Shown: positions 37,555-46,169 of the stretch, one piece after another
How positions within the stretch are numbered: the stretch's first letter is position 1
Layout of the letters: each line of letters starts with the position of its first letter
Assembly: GCA_963626675.1 (NCBI GenBank)
Contig: CAVFXW010000001.1
Coordinates: forward strand, 8,232-72,231
Direction of reading: 5' to 3'
Origin: Clostridium sp. CAG:452
GTDB lineage: Bacteria > Spirochaetota > Spirochaetia > Sphaerochaetales > Sphaerochaetaceae
DNA: 64,000 nt
The notes under the pieces: generated by a model
The model's input: the letters and a program-made list of their open reading frames with translations, nothing else
Databases searched by the model: none
What the model was told of the DNA's origin: nothing
Made by a program: the position numbers and the translations under genes

Positions 37555-37703
37555 AGGATAGTTATTACCATATTGAAGGAAAAATCTCAATAAATGTTAT
37601 TATGATAACAGCATTTTAAGACAAATTATAAATAATCGAGCTTAGCAATTGTTTTATTAAATCTTTTGTAATATTCTAGTTAATGTATTTTGAGGAGATT
37701 TCT

Positions 37704-39296
37704 ATGAAGAAAATTACCAGAATTACCTTTGTTTTGATTTTACTGTTAATAGTGGTGTTGCCTCTTGCTGCAGAGAAAGCGATGGTTGTTACATGGCAGT
37801 GGGCGCTTTCCGATCCGGACGTGACAGCATACCGCTATCAGATAGATGGTGAGAAGGATGGGGAATGGATAGTTGTTGATGGAAGAACAGATTCCTATAC
37901 TGCTTCTGGATTGGATCCATACAAGGATTACACATTATATCTTCAATGCTCTTATGACGGTGTATATTGGTCTCTCAGTGCTAGTAGTACAGCTTATGCA
38001 ATTCTTTCTCTGGAGACAGAAGAAGCTTCTCTTCCTGAGATAGATGTATCCACAGGAGAAGGAGCACTTGTAGAAGAGAAAAAATCTCAAGTGGGTGAGA
38101 GAGTATTCTTTGTCTTCGGTTATGGGGTTATGAATGAGTGGAAAGACGGAACACTTATATCTAGAACGATGGATGAGGGTATTGTCAAGGCAGAAGATAT
38201 AGAGGCATTCCTCTGTGTGGAGAAGGAAAAGTACTTGCTTGATGATGATGTAGTGAGCCTCGCTTCTGACGGTTTTGTTCTTGACTACAGCCGATTTGAT
38301 CTTGATATAGAAACTATCCTTGATGTGTATGAAGAAGATTTGAATGCATATATCTTATCACTTCTTTCAAAAGAGAAAGAGAAGAGCAGTGATTTCTCTC
38401 TCTTCGGTTATACTTTCCATAACACATATAAAGGAACAACATTTGAAAGCACAGTAAATGATGAAAGTGCAATTCTTTCTGGCGATATTCTTTCATTCAT
38501 TGATTATGAGAATGCGAAGTACTCATTCCTTAAAGATGTTGTTTATGTAGACTCGATTGAGGACGGAAAGCTTGTTCTCTCTGTACCAGAAGGTCTGGAC
38601 TATGATCTCTATATATCTGAATACAAGAACGAGATCTTCCTTTATGTAAGTTCACTTCTTGAAAGAGCTAAGTATAGTGAGATAGTTAAGAGTGAGGAAG
38701 TTGTTGAAGAGGTACCTGTAGTTCAGCCGATTGCCCCTGTTGTAGAGGTTAAAAAGAGTAAAGAAACCAATGCTAAGTGCTCATTTAATCTCGGCTTCAA
38801 CGGCTCTTTTGAGTTCGGTTATCTAGAGGGAAGAAGATATGCTACTTGTTTCCCACGCTTTGCTGTTTCTCTTGAGGCACAGAATCTTATCCACTTCGGA
38901 CTATTCGGTCTTGGTCTAAGAAGTGACCTATCATCTGTTTTTGTTCCTGAATCTGGAACATTGAAAAGTATAAACGGAAAATGGGGATTTGATTTGACAG
39001 CTGATATAAAGCTTATGGGATATTTTAACTTTGATAAACTCAATATTTATCTCGGTGGCGGTGTAGGATACTCGCTTGCCTCCCCTGGCTTTGCTAATGA
39101 GCATTCATCAGAGACTCAGCTTTATGATATGAATAAGGTAGTAGTAGCTACAGCTCTCTTGGGATGTGATTTCCTCTTAAATGATTGGTCGGCTTTCTCT
39201 ATTACTTCGTATGGTAGAGGAATATTCAATTCTTCTAAAACTATAAATGAGTACTCTGCAAATATTGCATTGGGTCTCACATTTAAGTACAGATAA
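37704..39296 (+). CDS. Secreted protein: FN3-like N-terminal domain, acidic repeat-like middle, C-terminal beta-barrel-like domain
   Basis: Signal MKKITRITFVLILLLIVVLPLAA. VVTWQWALSDPDVTAYRYQIDGEKDGEWIVV...YKDYTLYLQ looks FN3-like. The C-terminal ~170 aa has an alternating strand pattern ending LTFKYR. Confidence 0.5.
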   Translation: MKKITRITFVLILLLIVVLPLAAEKAMVVTWQWALSDPDVTAYRYQIDGEKDGEWIVVDGRTDSYTASGLDPYKDYTLYLQCSYDGVYWSLSASSTAYAILSLETEEASLPEIDVSTGEGALVEEKKSQVGERVFFVFGYGVMNEWKDGTLISRTMDEGIVKAEDIEAFLCVEKEKYLLDDDVVSLASDGFVLDYSRFDLDIETILDVYEEDLNAYILSLLSKEKEKSSDFSLFGYTFHNTYKGTTFESTVNDESAILSGDILSFIDYENAKYSFLKDVVYVDSIEDGKLVLSVPEGLDYDLYISEYKNEIFLYVSSLLERAKYSEIVKSEEVVEEVPVVQPIAPVVEVKKSKETNAKCSFNLGFNGSFEFGYLEGRRYATCFPRFAVSLEAQNLIHFGLFGLGLRSDLSSVFVPESGTLKSINGKWGFDLTADIKLMGYFNFDKLNIYLGGGVGYSLASPGFANEHSSETQLYDMNKVVVATALLGCDFLLNDWSAFSITSYGRGIFNSSKTINEYSANIALGLTFKYR

Positions 39297-39324
39297 GTTT
39301 TGTTGATATAAGCGAACAATATTG

Positions 39325-39366
39325 AACTGCCTCAAGTTTCTATTAAGAAATTAGAGGCAGTTTTTA
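39325..39366. terminator. Bidirectional intrinsic terminator between convergent genes
   Basis: AACTGCCTC (39325-39333) pairs with GAGGCAGTT (39354-39362), with T-run TTTTT on the + strand and A/T-rich flanks on the other. Confidence 0.65.
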
Positions 39367-39380
39367 ATTTGTAGATAAGC

Positions 39381-41579
39381 CTATTTTCTCTTAAGCTTGA
39401 TCTTCACCTTGTTCTTTATAATATAACAGTGGTGTATGTTCATGTCTCTCTTAAAGTCGTCGCCGATCGTCTTCTCAGTTATATCTTCAACATAGTAGGA
39501 TGCATAAATCTCATCATCCATTTTGAAGCGTCTATAGTTATTTGAGAAGATTAGCGTGCCTCCCGGAGAGAGGTGCATGGCAGCACTCTTTATAAGCTTA
39601 ACGTGGTCACGCTGTACATCGAATGTATTTCTTCGGCTCTTACTATTGGAGAAGGTCGGAGGATCACAGAAGATGAGATCAAAGCGGTCATATGTATCCC
39701 ATAGGTAGTCCATTACATCTGCTTCATAGAGATAGTTTCCCATCGTTGTAGACCATCCGTTAATTTTAATATTCTCCTCTAGCCATCTCAGGTATGTAGA
39801 TGATGTATCGACACTGACTGTGCTGAGTGCTCCTCCCTTTATGGCATTGAGAGTTGCTGTTCCTGTGTATGCAAATAGATTGAGAAATCTCTTGTTTGAG
39901 CTCATCTTCTGAATGAGTTCTCTAACCTTTCTATGATCGAGGAATACTCCAGTGTCGAGATAGTCGGTGAAGTTGACAAGGAATGTAACACCATTCTCGC
40001 GGGCAAGAAACATTCTGTTGTTTGAGGCCAGCTTTCTATATTGTTCGTTTCCTTTCTGTCTGCTTCTTTCTTTTACATAGATGTTCTCTACATCTATTCC
40101 TGTTGCTCTCTCTGTTGCAAGAATAAGTTCATCAAGTCTTCGTCTTGTATCTTCCTCCGGGATTTCCTTAGGGGCTTTATATTCACTTACCACTATCCAT
40201 TTTCCCATGTAGAAATCAATTGATGCCGCGTATTCCGGCATATCTGCATCATAGATGCGGTAGCACTCAACGCCTTCCTTTTCCATAAGAGGTTTCAATT
40301 CTTTAAGATTCTTTATGAGTCTGTTGTAGACGAATTGAGCGCCTTGAGAGAGCGCTGTGGAGAGCCGCAATTTTTTCTTCTCTTCACTTTTTCTTATGAG
40401 CTCTTCTCTCTCTTCGTCTGTAAATACAGAGTAGTGTGCAGCCTGACACTCTATGCCACCGTTAAAGAGCTTGTTTGTTCTTTCGGGTTTCATATCTATG
40501 TTACTCAAAAGATCGCTGTTACCTGTAAGAATCGTAGCCTTCCAGCCTTTGAATGTGCTCTGTAGAGTATCTCCGATTCTCTTATATAGACCTTCGATGT
40601 CGTTTACGGCCATTCTCTCGCCATATGGAGGATCTGTTACGATACATCCTGTTTCAGCTGGGGCTTTTTCCATCTTTGTAAAATCCTGAACAGAGAAGGT
40701 GATAAAATCATATACGCCGGCCTTAAGGGCTGCTGCCTTGCTTATCTCGACGGCAGTGCGAGAGATATCTTGAGCATAGATTTGGATATCTCTTTCCTTT
40801 ATTGCTCTTTCCCGTTTTTCTTTTGCTTCAGCGACTATCTTATTAAAGAGCTCCTCATCGTAGGACGGAAGTTTCTGGAATTGATAGAAAGTCTTTCTAA
40901 GTAATCCTGGTGCTGTCTCTGTTGCCATCAGGGCAGCCTCAATTGCAATGGTTCCTGAACCACAGAATGGATCGAAAAAAGGAAGTGGAGCATTATTGTC
41001 TCGGCTTTTCTTCCATTCGCTACGACATATAAGGGAAGAAGCAAGATGCTCTTTTAAAACGGCATCGGTCTGCTCGCTTCTGTATCCTCTCATGGAAAGA
41101 TTCTCTCCTGAGAAGTCTATATACCATTTTACTGTGTATCGTTCTATATGGACATGTACTGTCACATCTGGATTGAGTATTTCGATATTTGGTCTCTCTC
41201 TATCGAACTTCTCTCTTATCCTCTCCACTATTCCGTCTTTGACCTTCAATGCTGCATAGTGGCTGTTTGTTATATAAGGGCAATCCTGTGTCGTACAAGT
41301 AACCTTGAGTGTCTTTTGTGGCGTAAGATATTCCTCCCAAGGAAGTGAGAGAGTCGCTTGCTCAAGCTCTTTGTCATCTCTTACATCATCATCTTCATAT
41401 AGTCCCCATAGAAGACGTGAGGAGATACGTGTGTTAAATGTGAAACGATAGCCGAATTCTAGATTGCCTTCTATTTCGACTCCACTCGATGTTACCCTTA
41501 CACGGTCACATCCACACTTTCTCGCTTCATCTGCGATCAAGTCACCTTGGTTTGCTGCGCTCGTTGCAAAAAATATCAT
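39381..41579 (-). CDS. rlmL: Bifunctional 23S rRNA methyltransferase RlmKL (m2G2445/m7G2069)
   Basis: 732 aa. THUMP-containing N-terminal half with DPFCGSGTI and VTDPPYGER. The second class I MTase half has FCDPPTFSNSK. Confidence 0.85.
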   Translation of the reverse strand: MIFFATSAANQGDLIADEARKCGCDRVRVTSSGVEIEGNLEFGYRFTFNTRISSRLLWGLYEDDDVRDDKELEQATLSLPWEEYLTPQKTLKVTCTTQDCPYITNSHYAALKVKDGIVERIREKFDRERPNIEILNPDVTVHVHIERYTVKWYIDFSGENLSMRGYRSEQTDAVLKEHLASSLICRSEWKKSRDNNAPLPFFDPFCGSGTIAIEAALMATETAPGLLRKTFYQFQKLPSYDEELFNKIVAEAKEKRERAIKERDIQIYAQDISRTAVEISKAAALKAGVYDFITFSVQDFTKMEKAPAETGCIVTDPPYGERMAVNDIEGLYKRIGDTLQSTFKGWKATILTGNSDLLSNIDMKPERTNKLFNGGIECQAAHYSVFTDEEREELIRKSEEKKKLRLSTALSQGAQFVYNRLIKNLKELKPLMEKEGVECYRIYDADMPEYAASIDFYMGKWIVVSEYKAPKEIPEEDTRRRLDELILATERATGIDVENIYVKERSRQKGNEQYRKLASNNRMFLARENGVTFLVNFTDYLDTGVFLDHRKVRELIQKMSSNKRFLNLFAYTGTATLNAIKGGALSTVSVDTSSTYLRWLEENIKINGWSTTMGNYLYEADVMDYLWDTYDRFDLIFCDPPTFSNSKSRRNTFDVQRDHVKLIKSAAMHLSPGGTLIFSNNYRRFKMDDEIYASYYVEDITEKTIGDDFKRDMNIHHCYIIKNKVKIKLKRK

Positions 41580-42508
41580 TCTTTTCCCTCCGTGAAGAGC
41601 TCTTTCAATTGTTCTTCAGAGAATTTATATTCAGTGCCGCAATTGAAACACTGAAGTACAAGGGGAAATTCTCCCTTGAGTATCTCATCTTTTTCTTTTT
41701 GTGGAAGATTTACAAGATATCTTGTGAAGTTTTTTTCATTGCATGGGCATGAAAAACCTATAGGAGAACGGCCAAGATAGTCGACTCCAAGAGATGAGAA
41801 AGTTGAATCGACATATTCTCGGACGCTCATGCCACTTCCGATTTTTTTCGCCATATCATCCAATTGAGGCGAGAGTTCAGCGAGTTTATTCAATATGTTC
41901 TCTTTGCATAGCGGTAGGGCTTGCATCATTATGCCTCCGGAGCCCCATACGCGGCCGTATTTATCATAGTCGATGGAAAGGGCAAAGAGAGAGGAGGTTT
42001 GCTCCGACTCTCTGTAGTAGGCTGCAAGATCCTGTGCAAGGTGTCCGGTAGAAAGCATTACTTCTCCCGAAAATGGTGATTTTGATCCTTCAAGGATTTT
42101 TGTTATGCGAAGAAAACCCGGGCCGTATAGTGGGGAAGTGTCAAGAGAGGAGAGAGGCTTCTCTAGTGGTATGGGATTATTAACAAGATATCCTCTGACG
42201 GCACCACACGCCCATGCTTCTATATTCATACCCTTGATTGGGCCAGCACAATTGATGGTAAGAAGTATTCTGTCATTTCCTTTTACTTCACTGGAAAGAA
42301 GAGATCCTGCCGTATAGCCTTGGGAGAGAACATATGTTTCTAAAAGTCCTGTTTGGTGATTTGCTCTCATCTCGTTAATCATTCTTGTCGTGTTGACAGC
42401 ACTTAATCTTACTGAACCGTCTCCTACAAGAAAGATTTCTCTTCTGTCATCCTCTATTTTCTCGAGATGCTCTAAAAGTATATTGTCTTCAATTTTCTTC
42501 TTTATCAT
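41576..42508 (-). CDS. hslO: Hsp33 redox-regulated chaperone
   Basis: C-terminal zinc centre FSCPCNEKNF...LQCFNCGTEY (CxC...CxxC). 310 aa. 4-nt overlap with rlmL. Confidence 0.88.
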   Translation of the reverse strand: MIKKKIEDNILLEHLEKIEDDRREIFLVGDGSVRLSAVNTTRMINEMRANHQTGLLETYVLSQGYTAGSLLSSEVKGNDRILLTINCAGPIKGMNIEAWACGAVRGYLVNNPIPLEKPLSSLDTSPLYGPGFLRITKILEGSKSPFSGEVMLSTGHLAQDLAAYYRESEQTSSLFALSIDYDKYGRVWGSGGIMMQALPLCKENILNKLAELSPQLDDMAKKIGSGMSVREYVDSTFSSLGVDYLGRSPIGFSCPCNEKNFTRYLVNLPQKEKDEILKGEFPLVLQCFNCGTEYKFSEEQLKELFTEGKE

Positions 42509-42693
42509 GAGGATAGTTTAAAGAAAGAATGAACTATAGTTAAGTATTCCTTCTCATTTTAGATCTAGATATGGCCGTGTAATCTAAATTGATTAGTGTC
42601 TCAGTATTATATGACAAGCGTTCTTGAAAAAAGGGTGGTTGTGAAGATATGGGATGTGATAGACTCATAAAAACATCTTTAAGGAGATTTGAT

Positions 42694-42990
42694 ATGGAAA
42701 TAAAGAAAGAAAATAATGGAAAAGAGCTTACCCTTTTTATCAAAGGAAGACTTGATACTACTACTTCTCCACTTCTTGAAAGGGAATTAAAGGAGAGTAT
42801 AAGTGGAGTTGAGAAACTCATTCTGGATTTTTCGTTACTTGAATATCTTTCATCGGCAGGACTAAGGGTAATCCTTGCGGCCCAGAAGGTTATGAATAGG
42901 CAGGGTGAGATGATTGTGAGAAATGTCAACGAGACAATCAGCGAGATCTTCGAAGTTACAGGTTTTGTCGACATCCTTACAATAGAGTGA
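42694..42990 (+). CDS. STAS-domain anti-sigma-factor-antagonist-like protein (SpoIIAA/RsbV type)
   Basis: LTLFIKGRLDTTTSPLLEREL...LILDFSLLEYLSSAGLRVIL, with Ser in the phosphorylatable position, then VTGFVDILTI. The ATG at 42694 is preceded by AAGGAG. Confidence 0.85.
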   Translation: MEIKKENNGKELTLFIKGRLDTTTSPLLERELKESISGVEKLILDFSLLEYLSSAGLRVILAAQKVMNRQGEMIVRNVNETISEIFEVTGFVDILTIE

Positions 42991-43021
42991 GCTCTGATTA
43001 ATGCTATAGAGAGGAGGAAAT

Positions 43022-44743
43022 GTGGATTCACGTTTTCAATACAATGCATACAGATACTTTCTCCTCTGGGGTATATTCTCTTCTCTTGTTCTGACTCTTT
43101 CATGCTTTGTAGACGCTACACTTGTGGGAAGGCTAACAGGGAGCGACGGCCTTGCAGCATATAATCTTATAACTCCTGTATTTCTCTTATATGCGCTACT
43201 AGGCGTTACGATAGGAGTCGGCGCGAATGTCAGGGTGGTTAAACTTATCGGAGAAGACAAGAAAGAAGAGGCTGATGAAGTATTTCACAGTGCCCTTACA
43301 CTCGGTTTAATCGTATCGACTCTACTGCTTTTCCCCTTACTCTTTAAAAGAAAGTATGCATCATTTCTTGGCTTGACTGGTAGTTTGTATCCTCTCTCCG
43401 TAGGGTATCTTAGTACGGCGCTTCTAGCTTCTCCTGCATTTGTAATGTATCACATACTATCGGCCTCTGTACGCTCGGATGGCAATCCCCGTCTATGCTT
43501 CTGGAGTTCTCTTGTTGTGTGTTTAACGAACATTACACTCGATATCGTATTCATGAAGGTAATGAAAATGGGTATAAAAGGAGCCGCGATAGCGTTGTGT
43601 ATAGGAGAGACTCTTGGCGTTTTTACACTTCTCTCGCATTTTTTCAGAAAAAGAGGTCTCCTCACTCTTTCGTTAAAGCTACCTCATTTTACCTTTATCA
43701 GAACGCTTTTCTTGAATGGATGCAGCGTCGGCTCTGCATATATCTTCTCTGCACTTGTAATGCTGTTTTTTAATACGATGCTTCTTTCATACGGAGGTAC
43801 AAATGGTGCTCTCTATGTTGCTATATATGGCATAATATATACAATGAACACGACTGTGGCTGCTGTTTATGACGGTAATGGAATGGCAATGCAGAGTGTC
43901 ATTTCGTTTCTTACGGGGGAGGCGGACAGCGAGGGAATTATTGCTGTATTGAAAAGAGCTATTATCACAATGATTGTATTAAGTGTTGTGATGGTCATTC
44001 TTTTTTCTTCTTTTTCGTCTTGCTTAATCGCCCTCTTTGGCATTACGGGAAACGATGATGTATATGCGTCTTCTCGCGCATTGAGGATCTTTCTCATAAG
44101 TGCGATCTTTACTTCTCTGAATACTACACTTACTTCATTCTGGCTCAGTATAGGGAGAACGAGACTCGCATCTCTTATGTCCCTTATTAGAAACTGCCTC
44201 CTTATTCTTCTATTTGGCTTTATTCTTGTTCCTGGGTATCTTGTTGACGGACTCGGATTAACATATATAGCATCAGAGGCGTCATCTCTCTTAATTGCTC
44301 TTATTGTTCTTTGGAAAAGTCCATCGAGAGAATATATGAAGAAGAAGTTCGGTACTATAGAGAGTTCGTTTGAAAAGACTTATCTAATAAAGAAGGAGAG
44401 TATGGGTGATATTTCTTCGGACATTGAAAGGATAAGTAGAGACTGGGATATAGACTATAAGAGATCATTTATGATCAATTTTATATTGGAAGAAATACTT
44501 CTCAACATTATTAAGTTTGCATTGTCGGAAAATAGCAAAAAAGAATACTACATCTCGATAAAGATTATAGCAAAAGATGAGGATTTATGTCTCCGTATAC
44601 GCGATAACGTCAAAGAGTACAATCCCTTCGATTGTGGCGGCGATGAGATTGACAGTGGTGTCTTAAAATTAATAAAGAAGAAGACGAAGTATTTGGAGTA
44701 TCAGAGAAAGATGATCTTCAATTACTTCTACACGATAATTTGA
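43022..44743 (+). CDS. MATE-family transporter fused to a C-terminal RsbW/SpoIIAB-like HATPase domain (degenerate ATP lid)
   Basis: The first ~440 aa are a 12-TM MATE (VDATLVGRLTGSDGLAAYNLITP...). The last ~130 aa carry N-box-like LEEILLNIIKFA, then IRDNVKEYNPFD (G1 without Gly) and IDSGVLKLIKK (weak G2). GTG start after GAGGAGG. Confidence 0.75.
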   Translation: MDSRFQYNAYRYFLLWGIFSSLVLTLSCFVDATLVGRLTGSDGLAAYNLITPVFLLYALLGVTIGVGANVRVVKLIGEDKKEEADEVFHSALTLGLIVSTLLLFPLLFKRKYASFLGLTGSLYPLSVGYLSTALLASPAFVMYHILSASVRSDGNPRLCFWSSLVVCLTNITLDIVFMKVMKMGIKGAAIALCIGETLGVFTLLSHFFRKRGLLTLSLKLPHFTFIRTLFLNGCSVGSAYIFSALVMLFFNTMLLSYGGTNGALYVAIYGIIYTMNTTVAAVYDGNGMAMQSVISFLTGEADSEGIIAVLKRAIITMIVLSVVMVILFSSFSSCLIALFGITGNDDVYASSRALRIFLISAIFTSLNTTLTSFWLSIGRTRLASLMSLIRNCLLILLFGFILVPGYLVDGLGLTYIASEASSLLIALIVLWKSPSREYMKKKFGTIESSFEKTYLIKKESMGDISSDIERISRDWDIDYKRSFMINFILEEILLNIIKFALSENSKKEYYISIKIIAKDEDLCLRIRDNVKEYNPFDCGGDEIDSGVLKLIKKKTKYLEYQRKMIFNYFYTII

Positions 44744-44750
44744 GGTCGAG

Positions 44751-46169
44751 ATGGAAAATCTGTTCATTTTTCAGAACAATGATGAGATAGAAAGGCTTTC
44801 TGTACAGAACAAGCTTCTCTTTCCATATGAAAAGAAGGTTATGGACAAACTTTTCTTAGGGAGGAGCAATCTCTCCGTATTGGATATAGGTGCTAATGAC
44901 GGCAGTAAAACGTCCTCTCTTTTTTCAGATAGCAGAGTAGGAAGAGTCATTGCACTTGAATACAATGCACTTCTTGTGGAGAAAGCCGAGAGACAGAAAA
45001 AGGATGACCGTTTTTCCTTCTATACAGTAGATGTGGAGAAGGCTGATTATAAGAGCTTATTGAAGAGAGTGATGAAAGAGTCTTCTCTAAAAGGTTTTGA
45101 TATCATATACATATCATTTGTTCTAATGCATCTTAAGGAAAGCGAAGCGCTTCTCATCTCTCTTAAGGAATTTCTCAATTGTGGAGGAACTATCGTTATT
45201 ACGGAAGCTGATGACCTCTCGTCGCATCTTACTCCCGATGAAAATGGACTTCTTGAGACATTTCTTTCGATTCTCGATAAGGACAAGTATTCTGGTAACC
45301 GACGTCTCGGACACGATATTGAAAATATTGTGAAAAGTGCGGGATATGGGGATATAACTATCCACTGTGATGGCGTTTCGGCTTTTCCTGGGGAGGAGGA
45401 GAAGAAAAAAGATATCTATAAAACATTCTTTTCATATCTACCGGAGGATGTTGATATTCTTTTGAGTGAAGATGAAAAAAACAGTGAATACAGAGAATGG
45501 AAGAAGTGGATAGATTCGAATTATTTGTCACTCAAAGAGCTTATAGAGAGTCCTTCGTCCTCAATTTCCATGGGGATGAAGATACTTACTTGTCGTAAGA
45601 CGATTTTCCATTCTGTTCCTCTTGAGGAAAGTGAAATAAACTCAACTCTTCTTCTTATGGATGAATGTGTCGGTAAGAACCTTTACAATAAAGATGATCT
45701 ATCTAAGGCAATTAAATCTTGCGATGAGTTCTTTATGCTTTATAAGACTGAAGAGGGTGTCATAGGCGGATACATATATTACTTTCTTACCGATAAGGAG
45801 ATGCTCTCTTCTTCAGGTAAAATACCACGTAAGCAGTTAGACAGTGTCTATAAAGGCAATAAGTGCGCACGTATTCAATCCGTTGGAGTGAGAAAAGAGT
45901 ATAGTGGGTTTGGTCTTGGAACGAGGATGATCAAAGAGGCTCTTCTTGACAACAAAATGCGTGGTGTGGAGGCTGTATATTGTGTATGCTGGGCGCCAAA
46001 TGGAGAGGTTCCGCTTGCTTTCCCTCTCTATCAATCGGGATTTTCCCATCTCATGAAAATCAGAGACTACTGGGCTGAAGAAGAGAGCCTTGTCTGCCCG
46101 TATTGCTCTGGTCGCTGTCACTGCAACGCTGAAGTTTATTATAAAATATTGAAGGAGGAGTGTAGATGA
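44751..46169 (+). CDS. Class I SAM methyltransferase - GNAT acetyltransferase fusion with C-terminal CxxCx3CxC cluster
   Basis: MTase motif I VLDIGANDGSKTS and post-I VIALEYN. GNAT motif A IQSVGVRKEYSGFGLGTRMIKEAL. The tail is LVCPYCSGRCHCNAEVY. Confidence 0.7.
   Translation: MENLFIFQNNDEIERLSVQNKLLFPYEKKVMDKLFLGRSNLSVLDIGANDGSKTSSLFSDSRVGRVIALEYNALLVEKAERQKKDDRFSFYTVDVEKADYKSLLKRVMKESSLKGFDIIYISFVLMHLKESEALLISLKEFLNCGGTIVITEADDLSSHLTPDENGLLETFLSILDKDKYSGNRRLGHDIENIVKSAGYGDITIHCDGVSAFPGEEEKKKDIYKTFFSYLPEDVDILLSEDEKNSEYREWKKWIDSNYLSLKELIESPSSSISMGMKILTCRKTIFHSVPLEESEINSTLLLMDECVGKNLYNKDDLSKAIKSCDEFFMLYKTEEGVIGGYIYYFLTDKEMLSSSGKIPRKQLDSVYKGNKCARIQSVGVRKEYSGFGLGTRMIKEALLDNKMRGVEAVYCVCWAPNGEVPLAFPLYQSGFSHLMKIRDYWAEEESLVCPYCSGRCHCNAEVYYKILKEECR

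Noticed and set aside
42540-43103. 187-aa minus-strand ORF spanning the STAS gene and the start of the MATE fusion
   Set aside because: It is antisense to a well-supported STAS gene with clear motifs. Its translation is Ser/Leu/Ile-rich with no recognisable motif or SD. It is a typical shadow ORF.
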